Part shown: piece after piece, positions 1 through 9,921 of the stretch
Numbering within the stretch: the stretch's first letter is position 1
How the letters are laid out: each line of letters opens with the position of its first letter
Source of the DNA: an uncultured Thermoleophilia bacterium
GTDB lineage: Bacteria; Actinomycetota; Thermoleophilia; UBA2241
Assembly: GCA_963707855.1 (NCBI GenBank)
Contig: CAVPRQ010000020.1
Coordinates: forward strand, 41,940-105,939
Direction: 5' to 3'
Length of the DNA: 64,000 nt
Program-made: the position numbers and the translations under genes
The notes under the pieces: model-generated
The model's database searches: none
What the model was told of the DNA's origin: nothing
The model's input: only the letters and a program-made list of their open reading frames with translations

Positions 1-281
1 CGCTTCGTCTGCTCGCTTGTCGCGGTCACGCCGCGCGATGCGAAGAATACGAGGCGACGGGATACTGGTGGGGCGCCATCGCCGAGGCGCCGCGCGGTGA
101 GGGCGGGTTCGGGTACGACCCCGTCTTCGTCCCCGAGGGGTCAGACCTCACTGTGGCCCAGTGGCCGCAGGAGCAGAAGGACCAGGCCAGTCACCGCGCT
201 CTGGCCGGGAGGGCCCTCCTCGAACGCCTGCGACAGGAGGGACGGCTCGATGGGCCAGACGGGGCCGCGCAGCACCGCTGA
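1..281 (+). CDS. rdgB: dITP/XTP pyrophosphatase (RdgB/HAM1 family), 3' part only, one apparent indel near nt 40
   Basis: Frame 3 reads ..EEYEATGYWWGAIAEAPRGEGGFGYDPVFVPEGSDLTVAQWPQEQKDQASHRALAGRALLERL.. up to TGA 279-281, with the family GFGYDP and SHR motifs. Nt 1-40 read RFVCSLVAVTPRD in frame 1, so one base seems missing near 40. Confidence 0.8.
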   Translation, partial: LRLLACRGHAARCEEYEATGYWWGAIAEAPRGEGGFGYDPVFVPEGSDLTVAQWPQEQKDQASHRALAGRALLERLRQEGRLDGPDGAAQHR

Positions 282-1207
282 AGTCACCTCGAAGCCGCGA
301 CCGCACGACGATCTGACGAACCACGCGCTGAAGTCGCGCGCGGCGGCGATCTCGATCGCCTCCAACTCCGTCCTCATCGTCTTCAAGCTCGTCGCCGGCA
401 TCCTCTCGGGCTCGATCGCCATCATCTCCGAGGCGCTCCACTCCGGTTCGGACCTCGTCGCCGCGCTGATCGCCTTCTTCGCCGTGCGCCGCGCCGCCCA
501 GCCTCCCGACGAGCGTCACCACTACGGGCACGAGAAGGTCGAGAACCTCTCCGGCGTCGCCGAGGCCCTGCTGATCATCGCCGCCGCCGTCGTCATCATC
601 GTCGAAGCCGTTCACAAGCTCATCGACGGGGTGAGCATCGACCACGTCTGGCTGGGCATCGCGCGTCATGGTCACTCGGGCGTGGTCAACCTGATCGTGT
701 CGCGCGCCGTGCTCTATCCGGCGGCGCGGCGCACGCAGTCGGCCGCGCTCGAGGCCGACGCGGCGCACCTCCTCACCGACGTCTACACGTCGTTCGGCGT
801 CGCCTTCGGCCTCCTGCTCGTGCAGCTCACCGGCGTCGAGTGGATCGACCCGGTCGCCGCCATCGCCGTCGCCGGCCTGATCGTGAGCACCGGCTACCGG
901 CTCGTCGCCGGGTCGACGCGCGTCCTGCTCGACGAGACCCTGGAGCCGGACGAGCTCGAGGAGATCCGTCGCTGCATCCGCGACCACGAGGGGACGATCA
1001 TCGCCGGCTACCACCGGCTGCGCGCGCGCCAAGGCCGGCAGCCGCCGGCACATCGACCTGCACGTGACGGTCGACGAGTCGCTCAGCGTGGGCGAGGCGC
1101 ACGAGGTGGCCGAGCACATCGCCGCCGACATCCGCGCCTGCATCCCCAACGCGGACGTCCTCGTGCACATCGAGCCGCGCTCGCACGACCGCGTCGACGG
1201 GTCCTGA
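250..1207 (+). CDS. cation diffusion facilitator (CDF) family metal efflux transporter, frameshifted near 1035
   Basis: From ATG 250 in ORF 97..1272: ..SNSVLIVFKLVAGILSGSIAIISEALHSGSDL..HHYGHEKVENLSG.. After ..GYHRLRAR the family sequence continues in frame 2 as ..RHIDLHVTVDESLSVGEAHEVAEHIAADIRACIPNADVLVHIEPRS.. to TGA 1205-1207. Confidence 0.85.
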
Positions 1208-1268
1208 GGCGCGGCATCGCGGCCGGTCGGCTTCGGCCGCCTCGGCCTTCGGCGCCGGCCGCCTCGCC

Positions 1269-2537
1269 CTAGGTGAACAGCGGCGAGAGCACGAGCATCG
1301 CGCTGAGCCCGATCAGCACGACTGAGAACCTCCAGGCGATGGCGTTGCGCACGGGTCCGTTGACGTGCTCGCCCATCACCCGCGGGTTGTTGATCATGCT
1401 GAGCGTGAACAGCAGGATCACCGGCAGGAGCACGCCGTTCAGCGTCTGCGCGACCAGGATCACCTTCACCAGCGGCAGCCCCGGGATCATCGCCACGGCC
1501 GCCGGCACGAACATGAAGAACGTGATGATGCCGTTGAAGACCGGCGCCTCGCGGAACGAGGTGTCGAGGCCGGACTCGAAGCCGAAGGCCTCGCAGACGA
1601 CGTAGGCGGTGGCGAGCGGCAGGACCCCGGCGGCGAGGATCGAGACCGCGAGCAGGCCGAGGCCGAAGAGGTATCGGGCGACGGTCCCGAGCAGCGGCTC
1701 GAGGGCCATCGCCGCCTCCTGGGCCGACTCGACGACGATGCCCTCCTTGTACAGCACGGAGGCGCAGGCGACGACGATGAAGAAGTCGATGCCGGTCATG
1801 ATCACCGAGCCGGCGTAGATCTCGTACTTGGTGTAGACGTACTGCTTGAGCGTCGTCTTTCTGTCGACGACCGCCGCCTGGATGAAGAACTGGCCCCACG
1901 GGGTGAGCGTGGTGCCCACCGCGGCGATGACGGTGAAGATCCAGAGCGAGTCCAGCTCGGGCCGCGGCACGGTGGCGCCGCGCAGCGCCTCGCCCCAGTC
2001 GGGCCCGGCGATGAGGCCCGAGACCACGTAGGTGACGAGGACGAAGCCCAGGGCCAGGAGCACGCGCTCGACCTTGCGATACGACCCGCGGGTGACGAGG
2101 AACCAGACGGCCATGGCCAGTACGGGGACGGCGACGTAGGTCGGCACGTGGAAGAGCTTGCCGGCGGCGGCGATGCCCGAGAACTCCGCCACGGTCGTGC
2201 CGAAGTTGGCGAGCGCCGTGGCGAGGATCGCGAGGGCCGTCACCTTGAGGCTGAAGTTCTCGCGGATGAGACCGGCGAGCCCGCGTCCGGTCACGACCCC
2301 GACGCGGGCGTTCATCTCCTGCACGATCGCCAGCACGGGCGTGAGGATGACGAGGAGCCACACGAGGCTGTAGCCGTAGCGCGAGCCGATCACCGACCAG
2401 GTCGTGATGCCGCCGGCGTCGTTGCCGGCGTTGGCGGCGATCAGGCCGGGGCCGAGCATCGTCAGGGCGATCAGCAGACGGGAGCGGCCGACCCGGCGGA
2501 CGACGCGCCGGTTCAGGGTGCGGCGGAGTTGCGCCAT
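1269..2537 (-). CDS. NRAMP-related divalent cation transporter, NrmT/NRMT-like (probable Mg2+ importer)
   Basis: Intact 422-aa polytopic ORF. TM1 reads ..AANAGNDAGGITTWS.. (DAGG where Mn/Fe NRAMPs have DPGN). The TM6 region reads ..AVGTTLTPWGQFF.. instead of the MPH motif. It starts 10 nt after the MgtE-sensor gene and lies under the M-box. Confidence 0.85.
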   Translation of the reverse strand: MAQLRRTLNRRVVRRVGRSRLLIALTMLGPGLIAANAGNDAGGITTWSVIGSRYGYSLVWLLVILTPVLAIVQEMNARVGVVTGRGLAGLIRENFSLKVTALAILATALANFGTTVAEFSGIAAAGKLFHVPTYVAVPVLAMAVWFLVTRGSYRKVERVLLALGFVLVTYVVSGLIAGPDWGEALRGATVPRPELDSLWIFTVIAAVGTTLTPWGQFFIQAAVVDRKTTLKQYVYTKYEIYAGSVIMTGIDFFIVVACASVLYKEGIVVESAQEAAMALEPLLGTVARYLFGLGLLAVSILAAGVLPLATAYVVCEAFGFESGLDTSFREAPVFNGIITFFMFVPAAVAMIPGLPLVKVILVAQTLNGVLLPVILLFTLSMINNPRVMGEHVNGPVRNAIAWRFSVVLIGLSAMLVLSPLFT

Positions 2538-2547
2538 CGAGGCCTCC

Positions 2548-3798
2548 TCAATGGAAGATCCTCGGCAGGCGCTTCTTCCACGCCAGCGGCAGCACCAGGT
2601 CGATCGCGTCGTCGATCGTGATGATGCCGTGCAGGCGCTCCTCCTCGTCCACGACGGGCAGGGCGAGGAGGTTGTACTTGGCGATGACCTGGGTGATCTC
2701 CTCCTCGCCCGCGTCCGTGCGCACCGCGACCGGGTTCTCGGTCATGAAGTCGCGCACCTTGCGTTCGGGAGGGGCCATCAGCAGCTGGCGCAGCGAGAAG
2801 ACGCCGCGCAGCTTCTCGGAGCGGTCGAGCACGTAGATGTAGTAGACGGTCTCGACCTCCTCGTCCTGCGCGCGCAGGCTCTCGAGGGCCTCGGCCGCCG
2901 TGGCGTCGAGTCTCACCCAGGCGAAGTCGGGGGTCATGATGCCGCCGGCCGAGTCCTCGGGGTAGCTGAGCAGCTCCCTCAGGTCCTCGGCGTCCTCCTT
3001 CTCGAGCATGGCCATGAGGTGTGCGCGGCGCTCGTCCGGCAGGTCGGCCAGCAGGTCGGCCGCGTCGTCGGGCGACATGTCGCCGAGGAGTTCGCTGGCT
3101 CTGGCGTCGGGCATGTCGAGCAGCATCGAGGCCTGGAACGACGGGTGCAGCTCCTCGAAGGCGTCGGCGGCGACCTCGTCGTCGAGGGCGTCGAGCACGG
3201 CGGCGCGCTCCTCGGGCGAGAGCTCGTGCACGAGGTCGGCGATGTCGGCGGGGTGGAGGAGCTCGAGCTTGGTGCGCGGCACGGTGAGGCGGACCGAGCT
3301 GTCGTCGGTCTGCTCGAGGTCGACGTCGCGCCAGTCGATCAGCCGGGGCCGCGGCTTCTGCCGGCCCTTGGTCAGCCGCTCGCTGACGCGCGCGAGCCCG
3401 ACGCGGCGCAGGATCGCGCCGCTCGACACGTCGACGGCCGCGACGTGCACGTGCTGGCCCGAGCGCACGAGCTGGATGTCGTTGACGCGGATGACCTTGC
3501 GGCCCTCGGTGTCGATGAGCTGCTTGTCGAGGAAGGCGCCCGCGAGCAGCAGCTCGTCGCGCGCGAGCTCGCGCGGCTCGAGGTCGGCGGCCGGCAGGCG
3601 CAGCAGGGTGCCCGACTCCTCGAAGCTCGCGACGGCGTCCCAGGGCGCGAACACGAGCTTGCCCCGCCGCTTGATGGCGAGCGCGGTCACGCGCGGGTAC
3701 GCGGGCTGGGTGCTCACGACCACGTCGTGCAGGCTCCCGGCCGCCTTGTCCTCGACGTCCTTGACGGAGCTGCCGAGCAGCCTGCTGATGAAGAACAT
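2548..3798 (-). CDS. MgtE-type cytosolic Mg2+-sensor protein (PRC-barrel-like N-terminus, MgtE_N, tandem CBS) without a membrane domain
   Basis: ATG 3798 is preceded by GGAGGTGAGG. It contains ..PDERRAHLMAMLEKEDAEDLRELLSYPEDSAGGIMTPDF.. and then two CBS repeats (..VYYIYVLDRSEKLRGVFSLRQLL.. and ..LLALPVVDEEERLHGIITIDDAIDLV..). The ORF stops right after the CBS pair. Confidence 0.8.
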   Translation of the reverse strand: MFFISRLLGSSVKDVEDKAAGSLHDVVVSTQPAYPRVTALAIKRRGKLVFAPWDAVASFEESGTLLRLPAADLEPRELARDELLLAGAFLDKQLIDTEGRKVIRVNDIQLVRSGQHVHVAAVDVSSGAILRRVGLARVSERLTKGRQKPRPRLIDWRDVDLEQTDDSSVRLTVPRTKLELLHPADIADLVHELSPEERAAVLDALDDEVAADAFEELHPSFQASMLLDMPDARASELLGDMSPDDAADLLADLPDERRAHLMAMLEKEDAEDLRELLSYPEDSAGGIMTPDFAWVRLDATAAEALESLRAQDEEVETVYYIYVLDRSEKLRGVFSLRQLLMAPPERKVRDFMTENPVAVRTDAGEEEITQVIAKYNLLALPVVDEEERLHGIITIDDAIDLVLPLAWKKRLPRIFH

Positions 3799-3840
3799 CC
3801 GCCTCACCTCCTCCCACGCGACGGGCCGTGACGGCCGCCT

Positions 3841-3871
3841 CAACGAAACGAGCCTTCCTCGCGGAAGGCTC
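3841..3871 (-). terminator. hairpin of the M-box expression platform (candidate attenuator)
   Basis: Minus strand reads GAGCCTTCC-GCGA-GGAAGGCTC followed by GTTTCGTTG. It sits between the aptamer and the MgtE-sensor start. The U tract is weak. Confidence 0.5.
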
Positions 3872-3899
3872 CGTGCGCGCAGCAAGCTTGGGCGATCCT

Positions 3900-4058
3900 C
3901 ACTCGTCCACAAGCTTTAGCACAGCACACCGTAGAGGTCAGGGCCTCAGCCGTTTGGGGCAAAACCTTGAGCCGGTAGTGCCTGTCCTACCCGTCGGCGT
4001 CTCTCGACGTTTCCGGGCAACGGCCTCTATGTGTGCCGGAGCCTCACCTAACGAGGAT
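3900..4058 (-). promoter_or_regulatory. M-box (ykoK leader) Mg2+ riboswitch
   Basis: Minus strand reads CCUCGUUAGGUGAGGCUCC..UUGCCCGGAAACGUCGAGAGACGCCGACGGGUAGGACAGG..GUGCUGUGCUAAAGCUUGUGGACGAG. This matches the conserved M-box blocks (GUUAGGUGAGGCUCC, GCCC..A.GUC.A.AGACGCC, GUGCUAAAGCU) in the correct order. Confidence 0.9.
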
Positions 4059-4082
4059 TGCGCCATGGTGTGACGCCCCCGC

Positions 4083-4112
4083 AACGTACTCCCGCCGCGA
4101 GGCCGGTGTCAA
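4083..4112 (-). promoter_or_regulatory. candidate sigma-70-type promoter of the M-box operon
   Basis: Minus strand has TTGACA, an 18-nt spacer and TACGTT, about 30 nt upstream of the M-box 5' end. Confidence 0.45.
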
Positions 4113-4247
4113 GGCGACGGTGCAGGCGCCTTGGCCGGCGCCGCGCGGGTGGTCGCGGACGGTGCTATACTCTCTGCCGGCACAGGGGCCGGCGCGGGGC
4201 ACACGAGCGCCGGCTTCGTCACGCCGGGTCCACGACAGGGTCGCCAC

Positions 4248-5207
4248 GTGATCATCACCGTCACACCCAACGCCGCCATCGACAAGACGCTGACGGTCCC
4301 CAACTTCCAGACCGGGTTCCGCCACCGCGCCAGCGACAGCCTGACGCTGCCCGGCGGCAAGGGGGTCAACGTCGCCCGGGCGCTCAAGAACCTCGGCCAA
4401 CCTGTGGTGGTCACAGGGCTCGTCGGAGGGCGCGCCGGGCAGCAGATCGTCGAGGGTCTCACGCGCGAGAACATCCTCAGCGACGTCGTCCACATCGCCG
4501 GCGAGTCGCGAACCTCCACCGTCGTCGTCGATCCCACGACGATGTCGCAGACCGAGGTCATCGAATACGGACCGGTCGTCACGCCGGCCGAGCTCGAGGG
4601 CCTGCTCGACAAGATCGAGTACCTCGCCAAGGGCGCCAGCGTCGTCGTGCTCGCCGGTTCGCTTCCGCGCAAGGTCCCGGAGGACTTCTACGCGACCGCG
4701 ATGCAGCGCCTGCGCCGGTATCGCTGCTACCTCGTCCTCGACAGCTACGGCGAGCCGCTGCACCGCGGCGTGCGCGCCCGGCCGCACCTGGTCACGCCCA
4801 ACGTACGCGAGGCCGAGGACCTCGTCGGCCACGAGTTCCACGACGAGCAGGACATCGTCGACGGCACCGCGGCGATCTGCGAGCTCGGGGCGCGCAACGT
4901 CATCGTCAAGACCACCCACGGCTGCATCGCCCGCTTCACCAGGGGACGCCGTTCAGACGTCTTCCGGGCGACCATCGAGGAGCTCGAGGCGCTCGTCAGC
5001 ACGGTCGGCTCGGGCGACGCGTTCCTCGCCGGCTTCCTCGACGCGCGCATGTCGCGGCGCGAGCTGCCGGACTGCCTGCGCGCCGGCCTCGCCGCCGGCG
5101 CCGCCAACACGCAGCTCTTCGGCGCCGGCGTGCTCGACCCCGAGCAGGCGCGGCGCTTCGCCGCGACGGCCGAAGTGGTCGAGCTCGAGCGCGGCGCCGC
5201 GGGCTGA
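4248..5207 (+). CDS. 1-phosphofructokinase / PfkB-family sugar-phosphate kinase
   Basis: From GTG 4248: VIITVTPNAAIDKTLTVPNF..LPGGKGVNVARAL..VVLAGSLP..TVGSGDAFLAGFL..AAGAANT.. These are typical of the FruK/LacC/PfkB family. No frame breaks. Confidence 0.85.
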   Translation: MIITVTPNAAIDKTLTVPNFQTGFRHRASDSLTLPGGKGVNVARALKNLGQPVVVTGLVGGRAGQQIVEGLTRENILSDVVHIAGESRTSTVVVDPTTMSQTEVIEYGPVVTPAELEGLLDKIEYLAKGASVVVLAGSLPRKVPEDFYATAMQRLRRYRCYLVLDSYGEPLHRGVRARPHLVTPNVREAEDLVGHEFHDEQDIVDGTAAICELGARNVIVKTTHGCIARFTRGRRSDVFRATIEELEALVSTVGSGDAFLAGFLDARMSRRELPDCLRAGLAAGAANTQLFGAGVLDPEQARRFAATAEVVELERGAAG

Positions 5208-5271
5208 GCGCCGTTTCGCGGCCTTTGTGCCAGTGGCCGAGACCTCTCGCCGGACGTGTCGCGACCCGCTG

Positions 5272-5300
5272 TTGACCCCCTCTGGGGCCGCTGGTAGCAT
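5272..5300 (+). promoter_or_regulatory. candidate promoter upstream of guaB3
   Basis: TTGACC (5272-5277), a 17-nt spacer, then TAGCAT (5295-5300). Confidence 0.4.
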
Positions 5301-5361
5301 CGGGACGACGTTGACACGACACACCGCAGGCGTTCCGCAAGAGCACAGCCAGGAGCTTCGA

Positions 5362-5396
5362 GACCCCGGTACGGCCGTGCCCGGGTCTTTTGTTTA
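5362..5396 (+). terminator. intrinsic-terminator-like hairpin plus T tract inside the guaB3 leader
   Basis: GACCCCGGTACGG/CCGTGCCCGGGTC stem (11 of 13 pairs) followed by TTTTGTTT. It lies 30 nt upstream of the guaB3 ATG and downstream of the candidate promoter. Confidence 0.45.
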
Positions 5397-5427
5397 CCTT
5401 CGCACGCGGCCCACGAAGGAGGATCGC

Positions 5428-6585
5428 ATGGACGTAGAGATCGGACGCGGCAAGAAGGGCCGGCGCGCGTACGGCTTCGACGACATCGCCATCGTGCCCA
5501 GCCGGCGCACGCGCGACGCCGAAGACGTCGACATCACCTGGAAGCTCGGCCCGCACACCCTGCGCATCCCCTGCCTGGCCTCGGCCATGGACGGCGTCGT
5601 GAGCCCGTCGTTCGCCATCGAGATGGGCCGCATCGGGGGTCTCGCCGTCCTCAACCTCGAGGGCCTCTGGGCGCGCTACGAGAACGCCGACGAGCAGCTC
5701 GACCGCATCGCCTCCCTGCCCAAGGAGTCGGCGACGCGCACGATGCAGGAGATCTACCTGGAGCCGCTCAAGGCCGAGCTCATCGCGCGCCGCGTCAAGG
5801 AGATCAAGGACGGCGGCGTGCTCGCCGCCGCCTCGCTCACGCCGCAGCGCGTCGAGCAGTTCTACAAGGTCGCGCTCGAGGCCGGGCTCGACGTGCTCGT
5901 CATCCAGGGCACCGTCGTCTCGGCCGAGCACGTCTCGACCAGGGTCGAGCCGCTCGACCTCAAGCAGTTCATCGCCGGCTGCCCGGTGCCGGTGATCGTC
6001 GGCGGCGTCGCGTCCTACGCGACGACGCTGCACCTCATGCGCACCGGCGCCGTCGGTGTGCTCGTCGGCGTCGGCCCCGGCCACGCCTGCACGACGCGCG
6101 GCGTGCTCGGCATCGGCGTGCCGCAGGCGACGGCGATCGCCGACGCCGCCGCCGCCCGCGTGCAGCACCTGCTCGAGACCGGCCAGTACTGCAACGTCAT
6201 CGCCGACGGCGGCATGCGCACCGGCGGCGACGTGTCCAAGGCGATCGCCCTTGGCGCCGACGCCGTCATGATCGGCTCGCCGCTCGCGGCCGCCGCCGAG
6301 GCGCCGGGCCGGGGCTACCACTGGGGCATGGCGACCTTCCACCCCGAGCTCCCGCGCGGCACGCGCGTCAAGGCCGGGGTCAAGGGCACTCTGGCCGAGA
6401 TCCTCACCGGCCCGGCGCACGAGAACGACGGCACGCTCAACCTGTTCGGCGCCCTCAAGACCTCCATGGCGACCTGCGGCTACGAGACCCTGACGTCCTT
6501 CCAGAAGGCCGAGGTCATGGTCGCGCCGGCGCTGATGACCGAGGGCAAGAAGCTGCAGAAGGAACAAGATGTAGGGATGGGCTGA
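5428..6585 (+). CDS. guaB3: GuaB3-type IMP dehydrogenase-related protein (no CBS insertion)
   Basis: ATG 5428 follows [80 protein letters not shown].. The 385-aa size and the position next to guaA are typical of actinobacterial GuaB3. Confidence 0.85.
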   Translation: MDVEIGRGKKGRRAYGFDDIAIVPSRRTRDAEDVDITWKLGPHTLRIPCLASAMDGVVSPSFAIEMGRIGGLAVLNLEGLWARYENADEQLDRIASLPKESATRTMQEIYLEPLKAELIARRVKEIKDGGVLAAASLTPQRVEQFYKVALEAGLDVLVIQGTVVSAEHVSTRVEPLDLKQFIAGCPVPVIVGGVASYATTLHLMRTGAVGVLVGVGPGHACTTRGVLGIGVPQATAIADAAAARVQHLLETGQYCNVIADGGMRTGGDVSKAIALGADAVMIGSPLAAAAEAPGRGYHWGMATFHPELPRGTRVKAGVKGTLAEILTGPAHENDGTLNLFGALKTSMATCGYETLTSFQKAEVMVAPALMTEGKKLQKEQDVGMG

Positions 6586-6641
6586 CCGGCGCAGCCGGGT
6601 CAGCCCACGCCGATGAGCCGCGACCTGCAGGACGTGAGTAC

Positions 6642-8238
6642 TTGAGCGAGAGGGCGGCGACGACAACCCAGGGTGAGTCCGCGGCTCGCGCCGACGAGTC
6701 CGGCGGCTTCGACACCGTCCTCGTTCTCGACTTCGGGGCGCAGTACGGTCAGCTCATCGCGCGCCGCGTGCGCGAGTGCCGCGTCTACTCGCAGCTCGTC
6801 CCGCACGACCTCCCCGTGGAGGAGATCGCCGCCCGCAAGCCGAAGGGGCTGATCTTCTCGGGCGGGCCGATGAGCGTGTACGTCGAGGGCGCTCCGCGTC
6901 CCGACCCGCGCCTCTACGAGCTCGGCATCCCCATCCTCGGCATCTGCTACGGCGCTCAGCTCATGGCCCTGCAGCTCGGCGGCACCGTGGCCAAGACGGG
7001 CGTACGCGAGTTCGGCAAGACGAAGATGAGCGTGAACACGAACGGTCTGCTTCTCGACGGCCTCGCCGACGAGGAGCAGTGCTGGATGAGCCATGGCGAC
7101 GGCATCGCGGCCGGTCCCGAGGGCTTCACCACCCTCGCGACCACCGGTCGTGCCCCCGTCGCCGCCATGGAGGACCGGGCGCGCGGCTTCTACGCCGTCC
7201 AGTTCCACCCCGAGGTCGTCCACACCCCGCGGGGAATGGACGTGCTCAAGAACTTCCTCTACGAGGCCTGCGACTGCACTCCCCAGCTGGACCCCGGCCT
7301 CGATCATCGAGGAGCAGGTCAGACGAGTCCGCGAGCAGGTCGGACCGACCGACAAGGCGGTCCTCGGCCTCTCCGGCGGCGTCGACTCGTCGGTCGCCGC
7401 GGTGCTCGTCCACAAGGCCATCGGCGATCGCCTCACCTGCGTGTTCATCGACCAGGGCATGATGCGCTGGAACGAGGCCGAGCACGTCGTCGAGATGTTC
7501 AAGGAGCATCTGGGCATCCCGCTCATCGCCGTCGACGCCAAACAGCGCTTTCTCGACAAGCTGGTCGGCGTCACCGAGCCGGAGCGCAAGCGCAAGATCA
7601 TCGGCGAGGAGTTCATCCGTTGCTTCGAGGAGGAGGCGCGCAAGCTCACCGACGCGCGCTTCCTCGTGCAAGGCACCTTGTACAGCGACGTCATCGAGAG
7701 CGGCACCCGGCAGGCGGCCAAGATCAAGAGCCACCACAACGTCGGCGGGCTGCCCGAGAAGATGGGCTTCGAGCTCGTCGAGCCGCTGCGCCTGCTGTTC
7801 AAGGACGAGGTCCGGGCCGTGGGCGAGGAGCTGGGGCTGCCGGAACGCATCGTCTGGCGGCAGCCATTCCCCGGCCCCGGGCTCGGCATCCGCATCATCG
7901 GCGAGATCACCGCCGAACGCGTCGACATCCTGCAGCGCGCCGACGCGATCCTCCAGGACGAGGTCAAGAAGGCCGGGCTCTACCGCGAGCTCTGGCAGTG
8001 CTTCGCCATCCTGCCGGTCATCCGCAGCGTCGGCGTGCAGGGCGACGAACGCACCTACGCGTACCCCATCGCGATCCGCGCGGTGAAGAGCGACGACGCC
8101 ATGACGGCCGACTGGGCGCGCCTCCCGTACGAGCTCCTCGAGAAGGTCTCCTCGCGCATCATCAACGAGGTGCCCGAGGTCAACCGCGTCGTGTACGACG
8201 TCTCGAGCAAGCCGCCGAGTACGATCGAGTGGGAGTAA
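6642..8238 (+). CDS. guaA: glutamine-hydrolysing GMP synthase, frameshifted near 7285
   Basis: The GATase part lies in ORF 6642..: ..[40 protein letters not shown].. The ATP-PPase part lies in ORF 7093..8238: ..[44 protein letters not shown]. The junction ..[15 protein letters not shown].. needs a one-base skip. Confidence 0.9.
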
Positions 8239-8241
8239 GGT

Positions 8242-8282
8242 GCGGTGAGCGGGGCGGCGCGGAGCGCCGCCCCGCTCACCGC
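8242..8282. terminator. perfect 19-bp GC-rich hairpin between convergent genes
   Basis: GCGGTGAGCGGGGCGGCGC-GGA-GCGCCGCCCCGCTCACCGC. It starts 4 nt after the guaA stop. Confidence 0.6.
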
Positions 8283-8292
8283 ACGACGACTG

Positions 8293-9480
8293 TCACGATC
8301 GGGCTCCACGACGCGCCGTGACGCACGGTCGCGTTTGTGCGAGCCTCAGCGGGGGTGGAGAAGCCCACACCGTCGTCGCTGCCGACGCGATCGCCCGGAC
8401 TGGCTCAAGAACGCCGCCGTGACGATGGCGAGGAGCGACAGACGTCCTGTCGGCCGCCGACGGAAGTGAGGCAGTGCTCGTGAGGCCATGGTGACCTCGG
8501 TCGGTCTCGGTCAAGTGCCTGCGCGGGACACGGCGATCGATGTGCGATCGATCAGGGGGGGGCGGTGCCGGCGGCGGGGGCGTGGGCGCCGTCGTTGGTG
8601 GGGCGGCGGTCGGTGGCGGAGTCGGTTTGGGGGCCAGCGCCGTCCTGGCCTCGCTGACCAGGGATGCGGCGCCGGGGAAGCCGGGCCAGGCGTCGAGTAC
8701 GGCCGTGGCCTGACGCAGCGCTCGTCTCCACTGTCCGCGGTCGGCGGCCGCGCGGGCGTCGTCGAGCCGCTCCTGCATCTGGGCGCCTCGACGAGCTTTC
8801 GCGGTGAAGCGGAGCGCGGCGGCGTCCTTCGGGTCGATCACCAACGCCGCCTGGGCGCACATCGCGGCGGTTCTCCAGTGGCCCTCGGCAAGCGCTCCGC
8901 GGCACATGTCGTTCAGTCTCGTTGCGAGCGCGCGGAGGAGGGCGAGCGTCGAGGAATCGCCGGGCAACTCGCCCTCGGGTACGAGCTCTCGCGCGCTGGC
9001 GAGGGCACGCGCCGTGGCGGCGGCGTCGCCCTTCCTGAGGCTCGTGTCGGCGAGCTTGATGTAGGCGCGGACGGCGTTCTCGAGCCGAGTCTGGCGCTGC
9101 GCCTCCTGCATCATGTCGGAGTTGAGCGCGTCGGCTGCTTCGGCCGCCAGCGTGTCCGCGTCACGGTACGGGAAGGCGAGGATGCGCGCCGCGTTGAGCT
9201 CCTGTATCGCCACGGAGTAGCGCTCCGCGTCGAGAGCCTGCCGTCCGCGCTCGTAGTGAGCGGCGGCGGAGCGCACGTTCCAGACGGCGAGCAGAGCGAC
9301 GAGCGCCAGGACGCCGCCCCAGACGATGGCCAGCTTGAAGCGCCGTCGCCGGACCGCCTGCCTGTAGGGGTCCGGCGAAGGTGGCCTGGGCGCCCTGCGG
9401 AGGGGTGCCGCGACAGGTCTGTTCGCGCGCTCTACGGTCACGTTCGCGAGGTGTGGATCGGACTTCTCCCGTGTGCTCAA
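8293..9480 (-). CDS. hypothetical single-pass membrane protein with helical-repeat and Pro/Thr-rich regions; 3' end uncertain
   Basis: 395-aa ORF with a TM helix (FKLAIVWGGVLALVALLAVW), a long Ala/Arg-rich helical region, and then ..PKPTPPPTAAPPTTAPTPPPPAPPPP. The Arg-rich tail after the G8 run at 8555-8562 looks out of frame. Confidence 0.5.
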   Translation of the reverse strand: MSTREKSDPHLANVTVERANRPVAAPLRRAPRPPSPDPYRQAVRRRRFKLAIVWGGVLALVALLAVWNVRSAAAHYERGRQALDAERYSVAIQELNAARILAFPYRDADTLAAEAADALNSDMMQEAQRQTRLENAVRAYIKLADTSLRKGDAAATARALASARELVPEGELPGDSSTLALLRALATRLNDMCRGALAEGHWRTAAMCAQAALVIDPKDAAALRFTAKARRGAQMQERLDDARAAADRGQWRRALRQATAVLDAWPGFPGAASLVSEARTALAPKPTPPPTAAPPTTAPTPPPPAPPPPDRSHIDRRVPRRHLTETDRGHHGLTSTASLPSAADRTSVAPRHRHGGVLEPVRAIASAATTVWASPPPLRLAQTRPCVTARRGARS

Positions 9481-9546
9481 CGGCCATCAGCATTGTCGCA
9501 CGGACGTGCCGTCGGGGCTACTGCCGGGTCGCCGTCGCCCTGGTCG

Positions 9547-9921
9547 TCACGGGCGTGGGCGCGCGGCGCGTCGACGCAGTGCCTCGCGCGCCGCTCGGTA
9601 CGCAGACAGCGGCACCGTCACTGCCGGGTTGCCGGCGTACGTGATCTGCGCCGCGCCCACCTGCGTCGTGTGCTCTTCGAGCGGCCGCCGGGGCACCGAC
9701 GGCGGACCGCCGAGAGACATGATCACTTCGCTGCCGGCGCGCCGGCGCCCGAGCCAGACGAAGGTCCTGCTCGGGCGCACATCCATGCCGAAGAGGTCGC
9801 CGACCTGCACGGCGACACGACGCTCGTGCGCCGCGACCGGCGGCGCCGGCGGAGCCGCGCGCCGCATCTCGGGCTCGTCAGCGGGCACGTGGAAGCCTCC
9901 CTGTCTCGACGGCGTGTACAT
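9547..9921 (-). CDS. hypothetical protein
   Basis: 124-aa ORF with coding-like GC3, directly downstream of the 9878..10633 membrane protein gene. No recognisable motif. The true start may be the internal ATG (MRRAAPP..). Confidence 0.3.
   Translation of the reverse strand: MYTPSRQGGFHVPADEPEMRRAAPPAPPVAAHERRVAVQVGDLFGMDVRPSRTFVWLGRRRAGSEVIMSLGGPPSVPRRPLEEHTTQVGAAQITYAGNPAVTVPLSAYRAAREALRRRAARPRP

Noticed and set aside
148-2361. 737-aa ORF on the minus strand, and similar very long ORFs such as 2404..3831 (+), 4996..6666 (-), 16385..18640 (-), 23689..25257 (-) and 47046..48887 (-).
   Set aside because: They run antisense or out of frame to genes with clear family matches. They are Arg/Ala/Gly/Pro-rich with no motifs, as expected for stop-poor alternative frames at about 70% GC.
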